Source: an uncultured Candidatus Berkelbacteria bacterium (lineage in GTDB: Bacteria > Patescibacteriota > UBA1384 > XYA2-FULL-43-10 > CAINNR01). From it: DNA of 54,863 nucleotides. The position numbers were made by a program, and so were the translations under genes. The notes under the pieces were generated by a model. The model had not been told where the DNA came from. It saw only the letters and a program-made list of their open reading frames with translations, and made no database searches. Shown one piece after another: positions 19,621-29,223 of this stretch. Positions within the stretch are counted from its first letter, which is position 1. Each line of letters opens with the position of its first letter. Location of the stretch: positions 1-54,863 of the forward strand of contig CAINNR010000028.1 in the NCBI GenBank assembly GCA_903851235.1, given 5' to 3'.

Positions 19621-20226
19621 TTGAAAGGGGTGAGAGACTTGACAAGTCAGTTTGTCAGAATCGTTTCAGAACGGATTCATTCTCAGGTCTGTTTTTCGAT
19701 GACCGGTGGCGCTTGGCACGAAGGGGTGGAAGCAGCCAAGCAAGGGGTTTCACCTGCCGAAAATCCATACGAAAATCCGCCGTCGGAGTTTGATCATGAA
19801 CTTAGTAACAGCATGTCAACTGCCGCCCAATATTGGGATATCGGTCGGCGACGATTGGAATGGATCGACCGCGATATGTTCGGCGCAATCAAGTTGTTTC
19901 GCAATCACATTCCCGCCGACTGGCCCGAAGGTGTTGGGAAAATCTCAGCAAATTTCGACTTTACCAATCTCTCCATAATCGCGACGAACTGCGTTCCGGA
20001 AATGACTGACATGTTGTTGAGCGATCAGGCGCTTAAGATTTGGATTGGCCTTTGGGATAAAGCATTCAAGAATTTTGACGAATATCGCTTCTTCAATCTG
20101 CCGCTTCGGCTGATGAGAGCCATCGCCGATTATCGCAAACAACCGAATCGAAGAATTCTGCTTCAGTTCGAAAGATTGACCGAAAGGCCGTTTCTTTCTC
20201 AACTCCTTGACCCACCAGCTTGTTAA
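19621..20226 (+). CDS. Hypothetical protein (TTG start at 19621; possible ATG start at MTGGAWHEG).
   Basis: ORF only. Confidence 0.3.
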   Translation: MKGVRDLTSQFVRIVSERIHSQVCFSMTGGAWHEGVEAAKQGVSPAENPYENPPSEFDHELSNSMSTAAQYWDIGRRRLEWIDRDMFGAIKLFRNHIPADWPEGVGKISANFDFTNLSIIATNCVPEMTDMLLSDQALKIWIGLWDKAFKNFDEYRFFNLPLRLMRAIADYRKQPNRRILLQFERLTERPFLSQLLDPPAC

Positions 20227-20283
20227 AAGGCTGGTTTTTTTATCCAAATTTTGCTAATTTGAACATATGAAACAAATTGAAAA

Positions 20284-20538
20284 ATGAATCTCATCCAACA
20301 TAAAACATTGACGCTAAAAAAATGGTTTTCTCTGTCGTTGGCCGAGCAAATGGCAAATATCGGCAGTGAAGTTGAGAGAACGATTATCTGGAAAAGGAAA
20401 AACGATCCAGAGTATTCCCGTTTGGCATTTGAGCGGGCGCTGGAATTAGCCGATCTGACCAAACTCGATCCGGAAAATCATCGCCGGCTTGGCGAGCTTT
20501 GTCGAATGAGGGAAATTTTGGTTGATTGGTTTTTTTGA
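20284..20538 (+). CDS. Hypothetical small protein.
   Basis: ORF only; no recognised motif. Confidence 0.3.
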   Translation: MNLIQHKTLTLKKWFSLSLAEQMANIGSEVERTIIWKRKNDPEYSRLAFERALELADLTKLDPENHRRLGELCRMREILVDWFF

Positions 20539-20724
20539 CAACCAATACAAGTCGTCGGACTCTTCTTGGCAAAAGTATTTTTTGGCTTTTAACTATCTCG
20601 CTCGAATAAATTTGTAAAAAGTTTCTAATTGGAAGTCAAACACCAAATTAAATTAAGCTGGTTTTTTTGCTCATAACCCGCTATAATTGAATTAAAGAAA
20701 AAAATAATAAATAGGAGAAAACCC

Positions 20725-20922
20725 ATGGTCAAAGGCAGTGATTTGGTTGTTGACAGTGAAAAATGTATCGGATGCGGGGCGTGTATATCGTCGTTCAAAG
20801 AATTATTTCACTATGACAAAGTTGGAAAATCGGAAGTTATAAAATCCGGCAAATGTGAAGATTGTGAAATCGACGTAGTGATTGGTATTTGTCCACAGGG
20901 AGCAATCAGCCATAAAAAATAA
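20725..20922 (+). CDS. Small single-cluster ferredoxin ([4Fe-4S]/[3Fe-4S] type).
   Basis: CIGCGAC ... CP cysteine pattern in a 65-aa protein. GGAGAA RBS. Confidence 0.7.
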   Translation: MVKGSDLVVDSEKCIGCGACISSFKELFHYDKVGKSEVIKSGKCEDCEIDVVIGICPQGAISHKK

Positions 20923-21032
20923 TTATGTCAGACCTATAAATTATCTTCCGATAGCTGACTCTATGAGCAAATTGAACTAAAGTACAAATAATTTGTAGTT
21001 TCGTTAAAAAATGCTACTTTTGTAGGAGAGTA

Positions 21033-21431
21033 ATGAAGGAGGGGACGAACAGCTTGATGATTCTATATTTCAGCTGGTGGTATGGTTATTTGCCGCGCCG
21101 GTTGTTTTTGGCGTTTAAGGCTTCGGTTATCACTCTGCTTGATTTATTTTCAGTTAAAATATTATTCAAAACCCTGTTTTCTCCCTGGAAACGCGACTTG
21201 ATTTCGACCGAAGGACTATCAATTCAAGAAAAAATCCAAATTTGGACTTTGAATCTGGCCTCCCGTTTCATCGGTTTTTTGGTCAAAACTTTTGTATTAA
21301 TTACTTTTGTCGTTGTTTTTGCTGTTGCAATAATCGTTTTTGCCGCCTTATTTTGCCTCTGGATCGCTTTCCCGTTGGCAATTATCGCTTTGATTATTCT
21401 CGGACTGGCTAATCTTTCAGGGAGTGTCTAA
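21033..21431 (+). CDS. Small integral membrane protein that overlaps the start of the Clp-like ATPase gene.
   Basis: Hydrophobic segments. An 8-nt overlap with the next gene. Confidence 0.4.
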   Translation: MKEGTNSLMILYFSWWYGYLPRRLFLAFKASVITLLDLFSVKILFKTLFSPWKRDLISTEGLSIQEKIQIWTLNLASRFIGFLVKTFVLITFVVVFAVAIIVFAALFCLWIAFPLAIIALIILGLANLSGSV

Positions 21432-23949
21432 TATGAATCCAAAGCTGAAAATAAATTTTGTTGGCAGTCGAATCAAAAAATTGGTTAATATCAACCGATT
21501 ATTTTCCGGTTTCTTCGGCAGAATTATATCACTTATCTTCTGGTTTTTAGGTTTGATAACGTTAGCTCTCTGGGTTTCTTGGCTGTTTGGCTCCGGTAAT
21601 TACAGCCAGTATTTTGGTCTTGATCAAATCCTTTTGGCGATTTTTCTCCTGTTTCTATCAATCAGAAGTTTTCTCCGCTTTTTTGTTCAACAACCGGAGA
21701 TTTTAACGCCGAAAAAACTTAAAGAATTGGCTACTTCCGGCACGGAGGTTAACTTCGTTGAGGCTTTTTCCGTTCTACTTGCCAGAGCGCTTCTGGCGCT
21801 CGGCAGTGATTTGGAGGAAATCAACATTAGCGATGTACTGTTGGCGCTAGTTAAAGCAGCTGATGCCGATTTTATTTTTTATCGCATCGGACAAACCAAA
21901 GATGAACTTATTTCGCTTTTGGAAAAACAGCCTTCGCCTTCGGCAGTTCGTTTTTTGACTTTGGCAGAGCAAACGCTGGAGATTTCTATTCTCGAAAATC
22001 ACGATCAGATCGAAGTCGGTGATATGTTGGTTGCGTTGGCTGACGCCGATTTGGTTTTTGCCTCCTACCTGTCCAAATTAAATATTTCCAGTAAGGATCT
22101 CGCCAATATCGTCTATTGGAAAACTGAAATCAGCAAAAACTTTGTCGAGGGACACATCAGTTTTGATCCGGATCACTTACATTTGACTGGTGGAATCGGC
22201 AAAGATTGGGCATATGGTTATACGCCGGATTTGGACAAATATTCATTTGATATTACATCTGGGCTCGAAAAACAGGGTTTGGGCTTGGAATTGATTGGTC
22301 ATGACAAAGAAATCGGTTTTTTGGAGCAAGCGTTAAATCGTAGTGTTGGCGCCAATGCGATTTTAGTCGGCGAACCGGGAGTTGGCAAAAAAACCGCGCT
22401 TTTGGGTTTTGCGAAGAAAATCGATGAAGGGCTGTCGCTGCCAAATTTGGCTCACAAACATGTCATTGAATTAAATGTTGATCTCTTAATCTCCGGACTT
22501 TCCGGCCCGGGTGAATTTACCGAGCGAATCACTCGAGTTTTTTCTCAAGCCGCCAATGCCGGTAATATTATCATCTTCATCGATGGAATCGAGAAAATTC
22601 TGACATCGGGCGAAACTGGTCAGGTTGATGCGACTTCGGTTTTAGTGCCGTACTTGTCATACCCGGATATCAGTTTTGTCGGCACAACCGACATTTCAAG
22701 CTACAGTAATTTGATTGCTGGCAACACCGCTTTAGCTCAACGATTTGAAAAAATTGAGATTTCCGAGCCGACCGACGAAGAGATGGTTAGAATTTTGGAA
22801 GACACAGCGCCGCAAATCGAAGGACACTTCGGCATTTTGGTTACTTACCAGGCGATTTCCGAAGTTATTCGATTGGCGAAAAAATATATTTTGGATCAGC
22901 CAAATCCGGAGAAATCAATTTCAATTTTAGAAAATGCCGCTAATACCTTAGCAAACAGTAAAAGTAAAATATTAAATATTGATGTTGTCGATCAATATGT
23001 TTCCGAGCGGACAAATATTCCGGTCAAAGATGCAACCGGTCGGGAGAAGGAAGTCTTGATAAATCTGGAACAGCAACTTAGAAAACGAATTATTGGTCAA
23101 TCAAAAGCGGTTGATGCCGTTTCTGGCGCGCTTCGCCGTTCGCGAGCCGGCGTTTCCGAGAGTTCAAAGCCGATCGGCAGTTTTCTCTTTTTGGGGCCGA
23201 CCGGTGTTGGCAAAACTGAAACCGCTAAAGCCTTGGCCTCAGTTTATTTTGGCTCGGACGAGGCGATGCTTCGTTTCGATATGAGCGAATATCAGAATAA
23301 GGAGGATGTCTATCGCCTGATCGGTTCGCCAACCGGCAGCGGCCAGAAAATCGAAGGCGAATTAATCGCTAAAATTCGCAATAACCCGTTTTCTCTCATC
23401 CTCTTCGACGAAATCGAAAAAGCCAGTCAGGATATACTAAATCTTTTTCTTCAAATTTTAGATGAGGGATTCATCACCAGTTCAAGTGGCAAAAAAGCTT
23501 ATTTCAAAAATTCAATTATTATAGCAACTTCAAATGCCGGCGCCAATTTAATCCGAAAGCTGACGGCTGAAAATACCGAATATAGTCTGGCGAAAAAACA
23601 GGTTGTCGATTTTGTCCAGAATCAGGGAATTTTCCGTCCGGAATTTATTAACCGTTTTACCGAAGTCGTTTACTATTCGCCATTATCAAAAACTGAAATT
23701 ACCGAAGTCGCGAAAATGATGATTCGAAAATTGGCCAAAGAGATCGCTGAAACCAAAGGAGTAATTCTTAAGGTTGAACTTTCGGCACTGGCAAAACTTT
23801 CTGAGTTGGGCTACGATCCGGAAATGGGAGCCAGACCGATGGCGCGAGTTATTGAGGAGCAAATCGAAAACTCTTTGGCGGAGAAAATATTGAAAGGGGA
23901 AGCGGTTAAGGGCTCGGAGGTGATATTTAAATTGGCGGACATAAAATAA
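21424..23949 (+). CDS. Membrane-anchored Clp/Hsp100-family ATPase (ClpC/ClpB-like, two AAA+ modules) with N-terminal TM helices.
   Basis: N-terminal TM (IISLIFWFLGLITLALWVSWLFG). Clp_N-like repeats. D1 Walker A GEPGVGKKTA. D2 Walker A GPTGVGKTETAKALA. Sensor-2 region GARPMARVIEE. Confidence 0.75.
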   Translation: MSNMNPKLKINFVGSRIKKLVNINRLFSGFFGRIISLIFWFLGLITLALWVSWLFGSGNYSQYFGLDQILLAIFLLFLSIRSFLRFFVQQPEILTPKKLKELATSGTEVNFVEAFSVLLARALLALGSDLEEINISDVLLALVKAADADFIFYRIGQTKDELISLLEKQPSPSAVRFLTLAEQTLEISILENHDQIEVGDMLVALADADLVFASYLSKLNISSKDLANIVYWKTEISKNFVEGHISFDPDHLHLTGGIGKDWAYGYTPDLDKYSFDITSGLEKQGLGLELIGHDKEIGFLEQALNRSVGANAILVGEPGVGKKTALLGFAKKIDEGLSLPNLAHKHVIELNVDLLISGLSGPGEFTERITRVFSQAANAGNIIIFIDGIEKILTSGETGQVDATSVLVPYLSYPDISFVGTTDISSYSNLIAGNTALAQRFEKIEISEPTDEEMVRILEDTAPQIEGHFGILVTYQAISEVIRLAKKYILDQPNPEKSISILENAANTLANSKSKILNIDVVDQYVSERTNIPVKDATGREKEVLINLEQQLRKRIIGQSKAVDAVSGALRRSRAGVSESSKPIGSFLFLGPTGVGKTETAKALASVYFGSDEAMLRFDMSEYQNKEDVYRLIGSPTGSGQKIEGELIAKIRNNPFSLILFDEIEKASQDILNLFLQILDEGFITSSSGKKAYFKNSIIIATSNAGANLIRKLTAENTEYSLAKKQVVDFVQNQGIFRPEFINRFTEVVYYSPLSKTEITEVAKMMIRKLAKEIAETKGVILKVELSALAKLSELGYDPEMGARPMARVIEEQIENSLAEKILKGEAVKGSEVIFKLADIK

Positions 23950-24171
23950 GTTCAAAACTAGAAGTCAATAGTATTATTAATAATTCAAAACTAATCTGTC
24001 GATCCAGTGATAATTCGAGATGCAAAAACAAGATATAAAAAAATAAGAATAATTTTTCTCGGTCTAGCTGTGATTACCGGGATTTTTTTCTGATTAATTA
24101 CGAAGAAAATCGAAAATTTCTGGATTACAGTAAATTTTTTTGCTATATTCTACTCAAGCGAAAACAACCGA

Positions 24172-24420
24172 TTGAAGAAAGGGGCGAGCCTGTTGGCGGA
24201 TATTCGGCAGGGAGAATATCGTCGTCGCATAATTGTGGTTGGTGAGGAACCGGACACAACCGTACCGGATCCGTTAGGCGAATCGATTGATGAGGGGGAA
24301 CCAGATGATTCACCGGAGATCGTTGAATTGTTAAGTGAAGTAGCGACTTGGATTGGAAACCTTGACGAGTGGCAACGCAGGAGTTTTCACAAGGCAAAAG
24401 ACAGGTGGGCGAGCAGATAA
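24172..24420 (+). CDS. Putative small acidic protein (TTG start). This could alternatively be a non-coding transcript; the coding status is uncertain.
   Basis: ORF with a TTG start. Locally higher GC. A + strand terminator follows at 24446..24474. Confidence 0.2.
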   Translation: MKKGASLLADIRQGEYRRRIIVVGEEPDTTVPDPLGESIDEGEPDDSPEIVELLSEVATWIGNLDEWQRRSFHKAKDRWASR

Positions 24421-24445
24421 CCAAGTGCCTGTCCAACAAACCCAA

Positions 24446-24474
24446 CCCACTCGGAGTATCGAAGTGGGTTTTTT
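24446..24474 (+). terminator. Rho-independent terminator.
   Basis: CCCACTCGGAGTATCGAAGTGGG hairpin followed by TTTTTT. Confidence 0.55.
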
Positions 24475-24510
24475 AATCAGTCACCATTTTTCTATCATTT
24501 ACGATAACTA

Positions 24511-26007
24511 CTATTTGTGAATAAAAACTTGTGTGCCGTCTGGAGTCCAGTTATAAACAGTTTGCGCCGGGCCGACACCCAATCGGACACAACCGTGAGA
24601 AACCGGAGTGCCGAGGTGAGCCTCGCCCTCTTTGTAACCATTTGGCCACTCTGGTAGCTCGTGAATTCCGTAGCCTCCACCCATCGATAAAAACCAGGGC
24701 ATCCAAAGTCCGGCCTCGCTCGACCATGATCTCGGGTCATGATACTGAACCGTTCGGGTGCCAACCGGTGTTGGAGTCGAGGGTTTCCCACTGGAAACGA
24801 TGTACTGGGCAATCTGTGTTGTACCATCAAATAAGGTTAAGAGTTGATTTGTCAAATCGATATCGATATATTTTCCGGAAAATCTACCAGCGACGATCCC
24901 TTCATTAGGAAAAACTTTGATAATTTGCGAATCTTTCGTTGTTTGAACCAATGCGATTGTTGCGGTTACAGTTGTGGCGCTGATTGCCGCTTTGGTTTTG
25001 TTCAAAGCATCGGATTGGTCAATATAAACACCCTGTCGACCTTGTTGTAAAATTGTCGTATTGTCACTGGCTGAAATTTTAGTATCTATAACTGAAATGT
25101 CGTTTGTTGCCGCGATTTTGGCCAGATAATTATTTATCACTCCATCATTTAGCCATGCAGAGTATTTTCCATTTTGAAGGCCAAAAGAGATCCAGCCGGC
25201 AATCGTTGTTTTGTCAATCGAATATGTTTGCCCGTTTACTGTCAGATTTAATTGATGAGTGAGATAATTTTCGGCTGTCGTTTTGGCGCTGGACAAACTT
25301 TCAGTTAGAAGAGTCGGAGTAATCGGAGTTGTTGGAACCTCAATCGCCACGGTGCTATCCTTGCTAAGAATTCCGCTGGCAATTTTATCTTTCAGATTGG
25401 ATGCGTCAACAGTTACACCATTTGTGCTGGTGTTGGTGACAACGCTGCCAGCGGAGATTGCCAAGCTGGCATTGACCGGAGGAAGATTAAGATTATTTTC
25501 CGTCGTTGTGACATAAGTTTTGTAGTTGCTGTCATCAAATGCCAATTTCGCTGAAAACTGATTTTTTTTGAAGGCGGTTTTTGACAAGGCGTAAAGAGTT
25601 TTGAAAAAGTTATCGCTTCGACCAACCGCAAAAGCATCCGAAACCGACTGATTTGAATCAATGTAGACTCCGGTTTGCGAGAAAGGCGCCTCGAATGTTT
25701 TGCCGACGGCAGTTTTTAGGACAATCTTATTGCCCAGTAGTTGATCGGTTTCGGCCTGAATAATGGTTTTGGCTTGAGCGCGAGTTTTGCCTTCGAGATT
25801 GATTCCATCAAAATAGACGTTGTGGACAATCTCGTTGGCGTATGCTCGTTGGTACAAAAACAGTGATAACGCCAGACAAAAAACAACTGAAAGAATCGTT
25901 GTTGATACTATCAGAAGTCTTTTTTTATTTTTGTAATTTTGTCCCATCAGAGATATTTTATCAGAAATAAAACAACCAATCCATAAAAATCCGATTTCAA
26001 AACTCAA
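24511..26007 (-). CDS. L,D-transpeptidase (YkuD domain) with N-terminal TM anchor and a long extracellular region.
   Basis: C-terminal catalytic motif GTPVSHGCVRLG. N-terminal TM LLIVSTTILSVVFCLALSLFLY. The start may instead be the internal MGQNYKNKK. Confidence 0.7.
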   Translation of the reverse strand: MSFEIGFLWIGCFISDKISLMGQNYKNKKRLLIVSTTILSVVFCLALSLFLYQRAYANEIVHNVYFDGINLEGKTRAQAKTIIQAETDQLLGNKIVLKTAVGKTFEAPFSQTGVYIDSNQSVSDAFAVGRSDNFFKTLYALSKTAFKKNQFSAKLAFDDSNYKTYVTTTENNLNLPPVNASLAISAGSVVTNTSTNGVTVDASNLKDKIASGILSKDSTVAIEVPTTPITPTLLTESLSSAKTTAENYLTHQLNLTVNGQTYSIDKTTIAGWISFGLQNGKYSAWLNDGVINNYLAKIAATNDISVIDTKISASDNTTILQQGRQGVYIDQSDALNKTKAAISATTVTATIALVQTTKDSQIIKVFPNEGIVAGRFSGKYIDIDLTNQLLTLFDGTTQIAQYIVSSGKPSTPTPVGTRTVQYHDPRSWSSEAGLWMPWFLSMGGGYGIHELPEWPNGYKEGEAHLGTPVSHGCVRLGVGPAQTVYNWTPDGTQVFIHK

Positions 26008-26096
26008 ATGTCAAATTACAAATAAAAACCAAACAACTAAATATTAAAAATTTGGCATTTGTAATTTTAGATTTTGAAGCTATCAGGTATGTTTAT

Positions 26097-26171
26097 TGGT
26101 GGGTCTGGATGGATTCGAACCATCGACCAACACCTTATAAGAGTGCCGCTCTACCACTGAGCTACAGACCC
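26097..26171 (-). tRNA. tRNA-Ile (anticodon TAT).
   Basis: Minus-strand cloverleaf: acceptor GGGTCTG/CAGACCC, D-arm GCTCAGTGGTAGAGC, anticodon stem GCACT/GGTGT (two G-U pairs) with loop CTTATAA, T-arm GATGG TTCGAAT CCATC, then ACCA. Confidence 0.7.
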
Positions 26172-26259
26172 ACAACAGGCTAATCATACTAAAAATTGGC
26201 CGGTTTTTCAAGGTCAAAGAATCATTAGTTGCAATTGGACACTTGCAGTATTTCGCTAT

Positions 26260-26829
26260 TTGTATGAAAATAAGATTATGAATGAAACTGAAGTTAAAAT
26301 ATTGCCGGCAGTGACGATTTTGGCGATTATTGTTTTTGGAATTTTTTCTTTTGTTTTGGCAAACGCCTCGGAAATCACGCCGGATAATATTGTTAAACTG
26401 GTTAATGAAGAGCGAACTGCCAACGGATTAAATCCACTAAAAATGAATCCAAAGTTGCAAAGCGCGGCAATTTTCAAATCCAACGATATGATCTATCGGA
26501 ATTATTTTGATCACTACGCTTTCGGTCAAACGCCATGGATGTTTATTATTCGCGCTGGTTATGATTATTCTGTTGCCGGTGAAAATTTGGCCAAAGGTTA
26601 CAGCACTTCGGAGGGAGTTGTTAATGCTTGGATTAATTCGCCCAGCCATCGAGCAAATATTCTAAACCCTGATTTTCAAGATATCGGTGTTGGAGTTGTT
26701 AGAGGAGCATTTACCGCTGACGGTCAAACTGTCGAGACGACAATGACAACGGAGCTATTTGCGACGCCGAAATCGAAAATAGCCGTATTTTTTGAGAGAA
26801 TTTCAAACACCATATTTAGTATTTTTTAA
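26260..26829 (+). CDS. Secreted CAP/SCP (PR-1-like) domain protein.
   Basis: Signal/TM ILPAVTILAIIVFGIFSFVLA. CAP motifs VNEERTANGLNPLKMNPKLQSAA and HYAFGQTPW...GENLAKGY...WINSPSHRANIL. Confidence 0.7.
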   Translation: MYENKIMNETEVKILPAVTILAIIVFGIFSFVLANASEITPDNIVKLVNEERTANGLNPLKMNPKLQSAAIFKSNDMIYRNYFDHYAFGQTPWMFIIRAGYDYSVAGENLAKGYSTSEGVVNAWINSPSHRANILNPDFQDIGVGVVRGAFTADGQTVETTMTTELFATPKSKIAVFFERISNTIFSIF

Positions 26830-26929
26830 ACTAGAATAATACAATTTATTGAAAAATGTCGCATCTATTGCGACATTTTTAATGTAAGAAAATAAATAAT
26901 CCCATTCTTGTTGACAAGAAAAACTCTTG

Positions 26930-27240
26930 TTGGTATTTTGCTTCCGTGGATGCGCTGGTACCTATGGCGAGCGAAAAGTATGACGAAGTATGATAACATC
27001 ATACCATTGTCATACGCTATCACAAACCGTGCGCTATGGGGAGCATTAGGTGAGAAGCCACATTAATAAGAAAATGCCAAAGTTCAAAATCCAAATGTCA
27101 AAGTTCCAGTGACAAGAATCTGAAAGTCTGATCGTTTCAAGATTTGCCAAAGCGAGGGATCGGAGGGTGTTGCCATCTTAAAAAGACATGATTGCGGCTA
27201 CCGAATCAGTCTTTTGGCAAATTAAAAATCTACTTTTAAT
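26930..27240 (+). ncRNA. Candidate structured RNA or long 5 leader between a sigma70-like promoter and the surface-protein gene. Function unknown.
   Basis: TTGACA-N17-TATTTT at about 26912-26940. A nested hairpin GTATGAC-GAA-GTATGAT-AAC-ATCATAC-CATT-GTCATAC. Long-range pairing ATTTGCCAAAG...CTTTTGGCAAAT. No ORF. Confidence 0.25.
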
Positions 27241-27312
27241 TTGAGTTTCTGCACAAGAAATTATTTTTGTCTATATAAAAAATTGAATAAAAAAATGAAT
27301 AAGGAGTAGTTT

Positions 27313-29118
27313 ATGAAAAAATTTCTCTACAAATTTCTGATCGTAACACTGGCGTTTGGAATGTTGACACCGACCTGGCTGACGAAGGTTTGGACGCCGA
27401 TAAAAGCTGAAGCGGCGGCAGTGGTAACTACCAACGTTGCTTCAAATATAACTGCGTTTGATACAACATTGAATGGTACCAACGGAGATACCGCCGCCAG
27501 CGGACATTCGTTCTGGATTTCGAAAGCTACATTTGATGTTTCAAGTCCAACAATTCCATATGGTGTATATTCAACACCTGACCTTGGCCCTGTAGCCGCT
27601 GGCAATTCTTTTAACGCGCAACTTTCGTCTGTCACCACTGCAGGAATTCCGGTCGATCTTTCATCTGTTGAATCAGATACGACATATTATTTTACGGCAT
27701 GGACAAAAACTGGTAGTACCTGGAATCATGGCGACACTCTAAATTTCAAAACCGATAAACTTGGAACTTTGTCACCAGAAGATTTCGGTGTCGTAAATTA
27801 TAACACTGGATTAGGAGTATTAAAGGGTTACACTGCAGGATTTGGCTTAACTAACGCTACATTTACCGGTGCTACTTCCATAATTGAAAAATTGTATTCA
27901 GGCGACACATTATTGCAGACTAACACGGCAATTATCTCGAAAGTGAACGTGGATGTGACAGGAACCCAAATTTCTTCACCTTTTGATGTATCTGGCACTT
28001 TTGATTACACCACTGACGGATATTGGACCAATGTTAGGGAGGCCGAATTCGGTCAAACTGTTCCGGCAAATAAAGTAGAAGCGACAGTTATTTTAGCTAA
28101 TGGGAAAACGGTAACAGCAATAAACACAAATTTGGTTGGCGACCCAACAACAATTATGCCTCCAGTTGATATTGAAAAGCCAGTGATCACATCGATTTCC
28201 GGTAATACTGCGAATATTGGCGGATCAACCACAATCAGTGTTGCGGCGACCGATAATATTGCTCCAGTCTCCGCCACAATCTGTTTCAACGGTGGTGCTT
28301 GGGAGAATATGACCGGCAATGCTTCACCATTTACATATGTCAAAAATATTCCGCTTTCAACAACACCGATTACTTATTATGTAAAAATTTTTGATGTCGC
28401 TGGCAATTGGGCGAAATCGGATAAGCAGACAATCGTTATTACCGATACTCGGCCGATTATTTCAAGCCAAGGTTCGACGAATGTAACTTCAACAACTGCA
28501 ACGATTACTTGGACAACCGATCATGCCTCGACTTCGCGGATAGTTTATGACACGACTTCACATTCAGTAATCGGTTCAGCGCCAAATTATGGCTATGCGT
28601 TTTCGACAGCCGAAAATGCGACTTTGGTTACCAGCCACTCAGTTACAATTTCCGGCTTAACGCCAAGCGTAACATATTACTTCCGCGTTATTTCGCATGG
28701 ATCACCGGAAGCGGTTGGGGTAGTAGAATCCAATTTTGCAACTTTGGCAGCGAAAACTGTGACATCAGTTGCTTCGACAACATCCTCAGTGGTTTCGTTC
28801 TCAACCGGTTCATCGTCGACAACACCAGCGCCAACGGTTACAACGCCGACAACACCGTCTCCGGTTGAACAAGGTCAGATTAAAGGTGCTGAAAATACCA
28901 ACAATCAGGAAACGGAGAAAATTAACTGGACCCCATGGATTATTTTATTCATCTTGATTATCCTTGCAGGTGCGGCGACCGGCGGATACTTTTACTGGTT
29001 CGGTCATGATGATGAAGAGGAGGAGATTGTTAGTAAAGAGGTGATCGTTAAAAGCAAAAAATCGTCAAAAAGTAGTGGCAAACCAAAAGTTGCTCCAAAG
29101 AAAAGCAAACGTTGGTAG
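27313..29118 (+). CDS. Large cell-surface protein with signal peptide, beta-sandwich/Fn3-like modules, a Ser/Thr/Pro-rich stalk and a C-terminal TM anchor with acidic and basic tails.
   Basis: AAGGAG RBS. MKKFLYKFLIVTLAFGMLTP signal. Fn3-like TATITWTTDHASTSRIVYD...YYFRVISHG. Linker TTPAPTVTTPTTPSP. C-terminal IILFILIILAGAATGGYFYWF then KSKKSSKSSGKPK. Confidence 0.6.
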   Translation: MKKFLYKFLIVTLAFGMLTPTWLTKVWTPIKAEAAAVVTTNVASNITAFDTTLNGTNGDTAASGHSFWISKATFDVSSPTIPYGVYSTPDLGPVAAGNSFNAQLSSVTTAGIPVDLSSVESDTTYYFTAWTKTGSTWNHGDTLNFKTDKLGTLSPEDFGVVNYNTGLGVLKGYTAGFGLTNATFTGATSIIEKLYSGDTLLQTNTAIISKVNVDVTGTQISSPFDVSGTFDYTTDGYWTNVREAEFGQTVPANKVEATVILANGKTVTAINTNLVGDPTTIMPPVDIEKPVITSISGNTANIGGSTTISVAATDNIAPVSATICFNGGAWENMTGNASPFTYVKNIPLSTTPITYYVKIFDVAGNWAKSDKQTIVITDTRPIISSQGSTNVTSTTATITWTTDHASTSRIVYDTTSHSVIGSAPNYGYAFSTAENATLVTSHSVTISGLTPSVTYYFRVISHGSPEAVGVVESNFATLAAKTVTSVASTTSSVVSFSTGSSSTTPAPTVTTPTTPSPVEQGQIKGAENTNNQETEKINWTPWIILFILIILAGAATGGYFYWFGHDDEEEEIVSKEVIVKSKKSSKSSGKPKVAPKKSKRW

Positions 29119-29223
29119 GAATGTCATGGGAGTGAGTATGAGGATCTTTTTCACAGAATAATGTGCAGAAAAATCCCTCGGTGAAAATCGAGGGATTTTT
29201 ATTTTAGTGATATAATCAAATTA

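Noticed and set aside
24150-24480. Considered RNase P RNA, tmRNA or SRP RNA for the ORF-poor, terminator-ended unit.
   Set aside because: The universally conserved blocks are absent: the P4 strands and GGAAAGUCCGG of RNase P, the tRNA-like 3 end of tmRNA, and the GGAAGCAGCC of SRP domain IV.
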